64,000 nucleotides of DNA from Mustelus asterias (lineage: Eukaryota): NCBI RefSeq assembly GCF_964213995.1, contig NC_135801.1:82832001-82896000 (forward strand), in the 5' to 3' direction. A program made the translations under genes and the position numbers. Below are positions 12,401-24,400 of the stretch, piece after piece (within the stretch, counting starts at the first letter, position 1; every line of letters starts with the position of its first letter). A model generated the notes under the pieces. It had not been told where the DNA came from. It made no database searches and saw only the letters and a program-made list of their open reading frames with translations.

Positions 12401-15400
12401 CAGCTTGTCTTTCAGATTGTGGGAAGAAACTGGAGCACCCGGAGGAAACCCACGCAGACACAAGGAGAACGTGCAAACTCCGTACAGACAGTGACCCAAG
12501 CCGGGAATCGAACCCAGGTCCCTGACACTGTAAGGCAGCAGTGCTAACCTCTGTGCCACCGTGCCGCTGGTTGGCAGATCAGGTGGCAGGAGCTCTTTCA
12601 TTTTCAGTTCTGAGCTGCAGCTTTTGAGTTTTCGGTTTTAGAAGAGACAGCAAGCTGAAAAGAAGTTTCTCTCTCTCTCCCTGAGTTTATAAAAGTTTAT
12701 TTATTAGTCACAAGTAGGCTTACATTAACACTGCAGTGAAGTTGCTTTGAAATTCCCCTAGTCGCCACAATCTGGCGCCTGTTCGGGCCAATTCTGCAGG
12801 TCAACTGAAAACAAGGTCTTGCCTTTCTGAAGGGGGAAAGCTGCTGTTGGTGGCTTGCTTAGAGTCCCTGTGTTTTGGGAAGCTGTTCTGACTTCAAACT
12901 GTTATGAGTCTATCCAGAGAACTGCAGACTTCATCCAAAGAACTCAATTCCAGTATCATGTGAGCATTAGTGTATGTTGTGTTGAACCTGTTTAAAGGGT
13001 TTTGTCTATTCCAAGAGTTTGGTTTGATTGGGACAGCTCCGATATTCGTTCAGGGTCATACATTATCGTGGTTGTTTTGTGTTGTTTGTAATTGATAGAA
13101 GTTATTGCTAATATTCTTACTATACATGTAAACTATATTCTTAATTAATCTGCGCTGATCAAATGCGAGGAGCGAGACATCAGACTTACTTGCCCTCATT
13201 CAGTTTTCCTCCTATCCTATCCATCTGTTTCCCTTACAGCCTTGCGGCTTGCTTTTGAAGTTCAGCTTGTTTTAAATTGAATCTGATAAGAAAATGTCTT
13301 CTTACATTGCTTTCATTTGTGTTTTTCTTTGTGTGTTTGTATCTCTGTCTCTTTCCCTCCATTGAATAGAATAGAATCTTACAGCACATAAGGAGGCAAT
13401 TCAGCCTGCTGTGCTTTTGGAAAATGCTGTCCAATTTAGCCCCATAATCCTGCAAATTAGTTCTCTTCAAATACATGTCCGACTGCCTTTTGAAAATTCC
13501 AAAGGAATCGAATACCATCACCTTTTTTAACTGAGCAAATTATTGGGGGAGCCTAAAGAAATTAGAATCAGTCTCACAGGTACAGGTGATTAGCTGTGAT
13601 TTTTTTTTGTAACTACCAACAGAACATGGCTGGAGCTAATTCCTTGGCATCAAAATTCAACTTTTTTGGAAATTGGAGTACCGTTAAATAAAGGAAGAAA
13701 CATTTAATATTTTCCTGGCTTCCCCCACACCATAATACTTTCTAGAACACAAGACAAAAGCTACAGTAGATATTTTTATACCAATTTTACCTGAGATTTG
13801 ATTTTGAAATTTGTCCTCTTGCCTTTCAAATTATTTTGCACAATTTCTGAATAGAAACTGCACAAACAATATTCTATCAATGTACAAGACATTGGTAAGG
13901 CCACACTTGGAATACTGTGTGCAATTCTGGTCACCCTATTATAGAAAGGATATTATTAAACTAGAAAGAGTGCAGAAAAGATTTACTAGGATGCTACCGG
14001 GGCTTGATGGATTGAGTTATAAGGAGAGGCTGAATAGACTGGGACTTTTTTCTCTGGAGCGTAGGAGGCTGAGGGGTGACCTTATAGAGGTCTATAAAAT
14101 AATGAGGGGCATAGACAAGATAGATAGTCAATATCTTTTCCTAAAGGTAGGGGAGTCTAAAACTAGAGGGCATAGGTTTAAGGTGAGAGGGGAGAGATAC
14201 AAAAGTGTCCAGAGGCGCAATTTTTTCACAGAGGGTGGTGAGTGTCTGGAACAAGCTGCCAGAGGTAGTAGTAGAGGCGGGTACAATTTTTTCTTTTAAA
14301 AAGCATTCAGATAGTTACATGGGTACGATGGGTATGGAGGGATATGGGCCAAATGTGGGCAATTGGGATTAGCTTAGGAGTTTTTTTAAAAAAGGGCGGC
14401 GTGGACAAGTTGGGCCGAAAGGCCTGTTTCCATGCTGTAAACCTCTATGACTCTATAATATCCTATCAGTATAGCTGACTAACACTGAAAAATTGGATCC
14501 TGACTTGCACAAAGTCCCATTCCCTATCACCCTTGTGCTCACTGACCTATATTGATTCCCAGTCTGGAAATACCCTGAATTTAAAATGCTTATACTCGTT
14601 TTCAAATCCTTCCATGGCCTCGCCCACTCCATTTCTTTGTAACCTCCTTCAGCCCCACGATCCTCCAAAATATCTGTCCTTCCAGTTCTATCTTTTGAGG
14701 CATGCCTGATCTCTCACTATTAGCGATCGTGCCTTTAGCCTCTATGGTCATGAGCTCTGGAATTCCCTCTCCAAATTTCTCTCCTGCTTTAAGATGCTCC
14801 TTAAAACTTGTCTCTTTGGCCAAATATTTGATCGATTTCCCAATATCTCTTTAATGTGGGTTGGAGTCAAATTCTGTTTGACGTTGTTGTGAAGTGCCTT
14901 GAAAAGGTTTATTAAATTAAAAACAAGTTGTGGCTATATTGCAAAATCCAAATGCACTTCAAAGTCTCAGCTTTGAACAAAAATATCAAATCCAAGCCCG
15001 TGCTTTTAGGGATTTAAGTAAAAGTTTTAATGAAGCTATATTAAAAGAGAAATTTTCCATACTTTTTCCTTCCCTGAACAAATTATGCTGGAATACAGTT
15101 TCAGTAGCAGTGAATAACTAATTTTCATTGTTTGCTATGGGAGAGATCATTTCGGACCTAGGGTGGGGCAATGGTAATGTTACTGGACCAGTAATGCAGA
15201 AGCCCAGGCTAATGTTCTGGTGGCATTTGAATTCAAGTATTAATCTGGAAGAGAAATGCTAGTTTCTTAAGTTGATTTGATTTATTATTGTCACATGTAT
15301 TAGTATACAGTGAAAAGTATTGTTTCTTGTGCACTATACAGACAAAGCATACCATATATAGAGTGCAGAATGTAGTGTTACAGTCATTGCAGAACGTAGA

Positions 15401-18400
15401 GAAAGATTGACTTAATGCGAGTTGGGTCCATTCAAAAGTCTGATGGCAGCAGGGAAGAAGCTGTTCTTGAGTCGGTTGCACATTTGTTGTCAGACTTTTG
15501 TATCTGTTCCCGACAGGGGCGGCACGGTAGCACAGTGGTTAGCACCGCTGCTTCACAGCTCCAGGGACCTGGGTTCGATTCCCAGCTTGGGTCACTGTCT
15601 GTGCGGAGTTTGCACATTCTCCTCGTGTCTGCGTGGGTTTCCTCCGGGTGCTCCGGTTTCCTCCCACAGTCTAAAGATGTGCGGGTTAGGTTTATTGGCC
15701 ATGCTAAAATTGCCCCTTAGTGTCCTGAGATGCGTAGGTTAGTGGGATTAGCGGGTAAATGTGTAGGGATATGGGGGTAGGGCCTGAGTGGGATTGTGGT
15801 CGGTGCAGACTCGATGGGCCGAATGGCCTCTTTCTGTACTGTAGGGTTTCTATGATTCTTCTATGATTCTATGAGAAGAAGGTGGAAGAGAGAATGTCCG
15901 GGGTGCGTGTGTAATGGTGATCATGAAACCATTGTCGATTATCATAAAAACCCATCCATCTGATTCTGTGGTTCACTGCCACCCTTACCTGATCTGGCCT
16001 ATATGTGACTCCACGGCAATTTGGGTGACTCTTAACTGTCCTCTGAAATGGTGTGGGTAAGCATTTAGTTCAAAGGCAGTTAGGGCTGGTCAACAAATGG
16101 TGGCCTTATTAATGCCACCCACATCCCATGAACAAATAAAGTGGGCAAAACACAGTCAAGCCTAATCCTACCCTCTGATTCACAAGTATGCGGTTATGCA
16201 CAGCAATGTGGGTTGGCATTTAATAATGATTGCAGACAATGTAGTTGATAAATTTAATCATATAATTGTGAAATATGTAATTAGGAATTTATTTCATATA
16301 AACCTTTGGACATTGGAAATTCCAGTTGCTGAAACAAAAAGCAGTTTAAAAAAAACTACACATTTGAGTGATTGGGAATCTGATGGCTAGACTGCGATCA
16401 CATGGCCATATATTAATTATAAAATAACAGTGTTTGTATGTTACAAAGTGATACTTTTAACATTGAAACTAGTTATCATAGTACTTTCAAAGGGAGGACA
16501 TTGCAGTTATTTATAAAGCTTCCTCATGTACTGAATGTAATTTCAAACTTGCTTATTAACAATTTCCATATAAAACATTTTCTATCTCCCAACAGTTCAC
16601 ACAGCAGTTTCATCACTATCAGTCTACTGTACGGATTTTCAAGCTACAGCCAGACAAGCCAAGTAAAGAACTTTCTGACCTAGTGATGTTTCTGGCACAA
16701 GTAAGTCTATCTGCATTGTTAACAAAGGATTGTCAACAGTGCAATTTATCTGGGGCTAAAAACAGTGAGCATATTCTCTCTTGTGAAGGTTGATTAGAAC
16801 CCCTGTACAGTGTAGTACAAGGATAAAAGTTTACTGTTTCATTACAATACCTCTAACTTTAACGATTTGAATTAAACTTTATATGCATTTGTCATTAGTG
16901 GCAATGTTTCTTTTCCTCAAGAATTTGCATTAAATTTCTACTACTGGATCATATTAATCACTGAGAATGATTTGAAGGAGTTATTTGTGTTTTGATTGTT
17001 TTCGCTGCTCGCTGTAGGCATTGACTCCTTGCATGGGACATTCAGTGGATGCCAATGCCTTGTCCAATTGACTACCATTCATGTAGGAGCCTTGATCATG
17101 AGTGTTGACAACTGTTTGGCCAGGGGCAATAATACAGGAAAGCCCAATCCAGTCCTTATCCCAAATCTTCCTATCTGTATTTCCAACAATAATTTGTGGA
17201 TGGAAATTTGAAGTGGGAATTTTAAACCCTAACCAAGGTGTATTAAGGCTATTATCATAGAATCCTACAGTGCAGAAAGAGGCCATTCGGCCCACCGAGT
17301 CTGCACCAACCACAATCCCACCCAGGCCCTATCCACATATGCCTACATATTTACCCACTAACCCCTCTAACCTATGCATCCCGGGACACTAAGGGGCAAT
17401 TTAGAATGGCCAATCAACCTAGCCCGCACATCTTTGGACTATTATAGCAGCCCTCCTGCCATCGTGTTTAATTGTAAAAGTGATTGAATGTCTTCCCCTC
17501 ATTTTTTTTTACAGGTTGCTCATTGCTATCCAACACAGTTGGCTGACTTTGCCCAGGAGTTGAAAGACCTCATTTTCTCTCATCACACAATTCTGGACCC
17601 AGGCCTGCGAATGGTGAACTATTTTGATATAAATTATTTATCATGTCATTTTTTATTTCTTTTTGACTGGTGAATAATTGATCCCTTCTTTGTCACATCA
17701 AAGTAAATTCTCCTTTAGACGATGTTTTGTAACCATTGTTGGGAGGGCAGCATTTGTTATTGCAGGAGATGTGTTACATAGAGGATAAGAAAGTAATACA
17801 TATTATTCAATTAGGTATATTGAAATATTCAGGATTTTAGTTATTCCACTATGAGTTTATGTTTAAAACCTTAGATAGTTTGGAAACACATATGCCTTTT
17901 GATGTTGACCTGATAGGATAATAGTTCAATACTTAATTATTATTTAATTTTAAAATATCTTTTTCAAGAATTTTACCAAGGGACAATTTTAATTTTAAAA
18001 CATTGATTGTATATCCATATCAAAGATTGCAAATCCTTGATTATACTTTAACTTCTAAGTTTGAATATATAGTAAAAGCTGTACTGTTGAATTCATTTTG
18101 TTAGTTTTAGGATCAGATAGCCTGTCTTGCGAATTATTATTTGCTGACATAATGAATTAATAGTCTGACGTACTGTAGCTGCAGAATGACCAGGGATGGG
18201 GTGTGGAATTTATGGCCACAATTCTCCACGTAATGGGAGAGAAGTTCAACTTCAAGAGCATTGCGAAGCAAGGAGTACTGAATTGGCAACCTGTTTTAAC
18301 TGCCATGTTACTGCTGAAGTTGGATAGCACCCCCAATTAGTTTTCTGTGACTGGATTGGAGAAGTACAGCAATTTCCTGTTGCTTTCTCAGAGGGCAGTT

Positions 18401-21400
18401 AGCCACCCTGGCACACCTAGCTGCTGGTTACCAACCAGAACAACCTTGGAAGCAGGGCGCCTTTCTGCTTTCTTGGCTGGTAATGTAGAAAGCACTCATG
18501 AAAAGTGATCAAATGCATCAAGTTCCTTAGTCACTTATTTAATGTTGTGCTCTGGTCTTTGTCTCAGTGTATAATTTTTTTTTGTTCAAATCTTGTTTAG
18601 ACGTTTTGTAAAGCTTTGATTTTGTTGAGAAATAAGAATCTCCTGAATCCTACAAATTTGCTGGAATTATTCTTTGAACTTCTGAGGTGTAATGACAAAC
18701 TCCTGCGAAAGACTCTCTACTTGCATATTGTGACTGATATTAAGAATATCAACGCCAAACACAAAAACAACAAAATGAACACAGTGAGTAATTTTAAGAG
18801 AACTTTATAAACTTTATTTAGGACAAGTGAATAATTTTGTAGTATTTTGTATTTCTAATCATTGTTTGTTTTTGATGTTGATGCTCCACCCACATATTGA
18901 AGACTTTCTCCATTTCTTACAAAGTATGGATCTCTCCTAATTACAAACGTTCATCTGGCAGCACGATAACCAGAAACACTAACAGTGGTCCTTATTTTAT
19001 CTTCAGACCGCCTAATGCACCTAATTGTGTATTCATTAACACTGTATTCCCTGATCAAAGCGATAGCACTAGTGCTGCTTTTCAGCCTAGCTAACATTTT
19101 CAGCAAGTGTTATCACTCTTTTAAACCATTTACTGTTTAGTTCAGATTCACTCATTGTTCAATAATAGTGACTTAAAGATTGCTCAGCTCTTGCACTGTA
19201 TGGTACAATAGACAAAAAAGATATTGTAACAACTATGAACACCACGTGCAAACACTGCAGTCAACAACATGACGGACAATATACGTGCAGTGCACACCTT
19301 CTAGTCCAGGAAATGCATCATGGACATCTTCTGTTTCGCATTTGTTTTATATTCATTAAGGTTTTTCTATTTTATGACATGTTCTCCTTTTCTTTTAGTT
19401 TCTTTTTCTGAAAACTGCAGATAAGTGAACCTTAGACCAACAATTGGTCAACATAATGTTTTGCACGGATAAGCAAATTTGCTGATGGTGGGACTTTATT
19501 CTATGCTTACCAGCCCAGTCCCCTCTTGCTGAGAAAGCTGGATGTGCTGACTATAATCTTAAATAATTCTTGCACCTACACTTCTCATCTGTGCAGGTTT
19601 CTCACAGATGAGAAGAGCTTTTTCTTACTAAGACTCACCCTGTGTTACTTTCTAATTATCCTGCTGGATTAGCATTGGGAAGGAGCATATCCAACTTTGG
19701 AGCAAATCACTGACCAAGGCTCATAAGTCCTCAGTATGAATATGCCAATGCCCCTTACAAAAGTCCATCGCTAGGAGAGTCTGTATTCTGACCCCAGAAT
19801 ACATCAGCTTCTCCAGCATTGCTTCTCATTGTAGCCCCAGATACAGTGGCTTCTGCTTTATTTCCAATAACAGTTGAAGAGACAAACAGAAGAGATAAAA
19901 ATAGGGTATGAAAGGGAAGGCGAAAGAAAGATAGTGAAAAGTGAAGGAGGAGAGATTGAGAGGCTGTAATTAAAAGCAGAAAAATAGCCAGAACTGAAGG
20001 AGAGGAGAATGAAAAAAGGACCGGCATTAATTAGGTATAAAAGGTACAAGGATTGCAATAAATGAAACTTAAATTTGGTGTCAATATACAATGATTCAAA
20101 ATTAATTTGATCAGAATCAGTCTTCTCACAAAGTAATTGTGTCACAAGGTTGGCCCACTCCTGTTAAGGGATGCTTTCAGTAACAAGAATAACTTCTGTG
20201 ATGAACGTTCGGTATGAGGAACATTATAATGTTGCTGTTGGAAAGAGCAATAACTTACAGGAATATACATTTCATTTGTTGTATTCAGCACAAACTGCTG
20301 GCAGTGAAATGCAAACAGTTCACAGTCTACCATGGAGGTTGGGTCTGCATGATAGCCAAGCTTCCAACGTTACTGGGCTAAATAGACTTAAATAGAGCAG
20401 GGTTTCTCAAGCAACATTGGAAACGAACTATACACAGGGTGTGCGCATGTGACCTTTAAGTAGCATGGTAGAGTAAAACCTCATTGTAGCACGTGCATAT
20501 TAAAATGGATCATACTACAGTAACAGTTTTATTAATCTCCCCCCTGTAGGTGTCACTGTAGTTTCACATTGTAATAGAAACAAAGAACAGTACAGCACAG
20601 GAACAGGCCCTTCGGCCCACCAAGCCTTGGCCGACATATGATGCATTTTTAAACTAAAGACCATTTGCCTCTACACAGTCCATATCCTTCTATTCCCACT
20701 TATTCATGGGCAGGGAATAGAAGGATATGGACCGTGTAGAGGCATCTGTTAAGATGTCTGTTAAATGTTGCTGTTGTATCTGCTTCTACCACCTCTGGCA
20801 GTGCATTCCAGGCACTTAACATTCTCTGTGTAAAAAAAAAACTTGCCTCTCACATCTCCTTTAAACTTTCCCCCTTTACCTTAAATCTATGTCTTCTAGT
20901 AATTGACATTTCTACCCTGGGGAAAAAGACTCCCACTATCCATGCCTCTCATAATTTTGTAAACTTTTATCAGGTGGCCCCTTAGCCTCCGATGTTCAAG
21001 TGAAAACAAACCAAGTTTGTCCAATCTTGCGTCATTGCCAATACTCTCCAAACCAGGCAACGTCTCGGTAAACTTTTTGGTCCCCTTTCCAAAGCCTCCA
21101 CATCTTTCTGGTAGTGTGGTGACCAGAACTGCAGCCGAACTAAAGTTTTATACAGCTGCAAACATGACTTGCCAAATTTTATATTCTGTGCTATGACTGA
21201 TGAAGGCGAGCAAGCATACCAAAGGCCTTTTGACTACCTTATTCACTTGTTTTGCCACTTTCAGGGAAATATGGACCAGTACACCTCGATTCCTTTGTAC
21301 GTTAATGCTTCTAAGGGTTCTGTCATTTACTGTATTAGACCTTCTGCATTAGACCTTCCAAAACGCATCAACTCGTATTGTCTGGATCAAATTCCATCTG

Positions 21401-24400
21401 CCATTTCTCCATCCAAGTCTCCAGCCTATCTATATCTTGTTGTATCCTCTGGTAATCCTCCTCACTATTCGCAGCTCCCCTAACCTTTGTGTCATCTGCA
21501 AACTTACTAATCAGACCACCCACATACTCCTACATTTATATATATTATAAACAGGGGTCACAGCACTGATCCCTGTGGAACTGGTCACAGATTTCCAGTC
21601 AGAAAAACATCCTTCCACCATTACTCTGTCTTCTATGATCAAGCCAGTTCTGTATCCAACTTACCGCGGATCCCATGTGACTTCACTGGGTTAAATCCGG
21701 TAATTTCCCCATTCATTCTTCACATCCTTCATATTTCAAGGAATATGTAGGGATTTAATGAGACAAGTTACTGGAGTTATAACTGCACTTCTAGACAGCG
21801 GTGTAATGTTTCCGGGGTTTCATGACTTCAGTTTGACTCTTGTGCTGGGCAGAGGTTGTGATACTTGCTGTTTTTATGGAGATATTCTGAGGGGCATACA
21901 AGAATATTCTCACTGGTGACATCAAGAATTGGTGCCGTTCACGCGTGCCCCCCTACCTGGTAGGAATCTTGATGTTTCTTTTATTGAAAAAAAAACTGAT
22001 TTTGATTTTCTTCCCCTAGGCTGAAATGTATTTTCAGTTAAATTTATTTAATTGTAGACATTTTAAAAAAAAACAAATTGGTGAATGCTACTCAATGTAT
22101 TCCTGTGGGATTAAATTAACCTTGCTTGTATATTCTCAGGTTTTGCAAAATTTTATGTACACCATGTTGAGGGACAGCAACCCGAAAGCAGCCAAGATGT
22201 CCCTGGATGTGATGATAGAACTGTACAAAAGAAACATCTGGTAAGTTTAGGTGTTCCTAAGTAGTTACTTATAAAGTGGGTTATTTTTCTTCCAACTTAA
22301 TATTTAGTAGATGCTTGTGCTTTCAAGTTTCATCATTAGCTGTGAACAAAGAACAGTACAGCACAGGAAACAGGCCCTTCGGCCCTCCAAGCCTGTGCTG
22401 CTCCTTGGTCCAACTAGACCAATCGTTTGTATCCTCCATTCCCAGGCTGCTCATGTGACTATCCAGGTAAGTCTTAAACGATGTCAGCATGTCTGCCTCC
22501 ACCACCCTACTTGGCAGCGCATTCCAGGCCCCCACCACCCTCTGTGTAAAAAAACATCCCTCTAATATCTGAGTTATACTTCGCCCCTCTCACCTTGAGC
22601 CCGTGACCCCTCGTGATCGTCACTTCTGATCTGGGAAAAAGCTTCCCACCGTTCACCCTATCTATCCCCTTCATAATCTTGTACACCTCTATTAGATCTC
22701 CCCTCATTCTCCGTCTTTCCAGGGAGAACAACCCCAGTGTACCCAATCTCTCCTCATAGCTAAGACCCTCCATACCAGGCAACATCCTGGTAAACCTTCT
22801 CTGCACTCCCTCTAACGCCTCCATGTCCTTCCGGTAGTGCGGCGACCAGAACCGGACGCAGTACTCCAAATGTGGCCTAACCAACGTTCTATACAGCTGC
22901 ATCATCAGACTCCAGCTTTTATACTCTATACCCCGTCCTATAAAGGCAAGCATACCATATGCCTTCTTCACCACCTTCTCCACCTGTGTTGCCACTTTCA
23001 AGGATTTGTGGACTTGCACACCTAGGTCCCTCTGTGTTTCTATACTCTTGATGGCTCTGCCATTTATTGTATAACTCCTCCCTACATTATTTCTTCCAAA
23101 ATGCATCACTTTGCATTTATCTGGATTAAATTCCACCTGCCACCTCTCCGCCCAATTTTCCAGCCTATCTATATCTTGCTGTATTGCCCGACAATGCTCA
23201 TCGCTATCCGCAAATAGCGATGTGCTTCTCAAATAATTAATATTAGAACCTCAGCCATATACCTTGTTCATACGGAGGTTCAGTGAAAATATTGATCTGA
23301 TCAGAAAGATGCAAGTTTGATCCCAGGGCTGTTGTATCCTAGGAAGTATAGAAAAATTGATTACAATTTTTCAATTCTCCTTGGACATGGAACTGCTGCC
23401 AGAGGACTGAAAGATTTATGGAGTCTATATGGATTTTGGCAAAGTTTTTGACAAGGTCCCGTCGAGAGAGAGAGACCAAGCAGGGGAAGAACCACACAAA
23501 AGTAAATGTGCAAAGGAATTGAGGGGAAAGACACCATTGAGCAAATAAGATGCAGAATGAATATAACATGAAACAACCCATCTTCTATTTCATAAAACTT
23601 ATAAATAGTATGTAAATGATTGAGGATTTAATAAACTCGACCTGACAATATGTGGGGCTGAATTCTTTCAATAAATGACTGTTATCCCCAGTGGGAAAAG
23701 CGATAAGATTCCCACTGGGTGGATCAGCACAATACAGATCACGATTCATCCAAACTTAGTAATTGTTGTAGAGCTTGTGAAGGTAGAGCCGGCAAAGTGA
23801 TGTGTGGGACTGAAAGACATCGGCAGGACTGGCTCCCCAGAGATCCGGCTGCCATTTCTAAAGGGCACCTTGATCTCAAAGTTAAGTTGAATTTACAGTA
23901 AATCCGTTCTGTGATGAATTAGTTCAATTCATCCAAACTATTGGTGGAAATGCACCAGTTGGCTTAAGTGTCTCTCTAGCTAGGAAGTAGAAAGTCCCGG
24001 GTTCCTGTTCCTGTGCACTTTCTTGGAGGATGGATGCAGATGGTTGTTGGGTAAAAATAGGAACAGGTTCAATGTAATCATTTCACATGCTGGAATAACT
24101 TGTTGATACTCACTGTCACGACTCAAATGTGAAGTGTGGTCTCATTGACCAATGCTGGAAAGTTGCCACTGCTCGTGAATTGATGCCTCTAGAATATCAA
24201 ATAAAATGTCTAGAATCTGGACAATCATCAGGCTGAACCTTACTGAGACAAAGATATGATTTATTTGCAGGAATGATGCAAAAACTGTGAATGTTATTAC
24301 AACAGCTTGCTTCTCAAAAGTGACCAAGGTAAGGAGGAATTGATATATTATTGTAATAGAACATGAAATGATTTACCATGAGTGGCAGGACAATTCGAGG

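Noticed and set aside
15516-15600. tRNA gene
   Set aside because: A/B boxes belong to a SINE head continuing into a V core and LINE-derived tail; no full cloverleaf.
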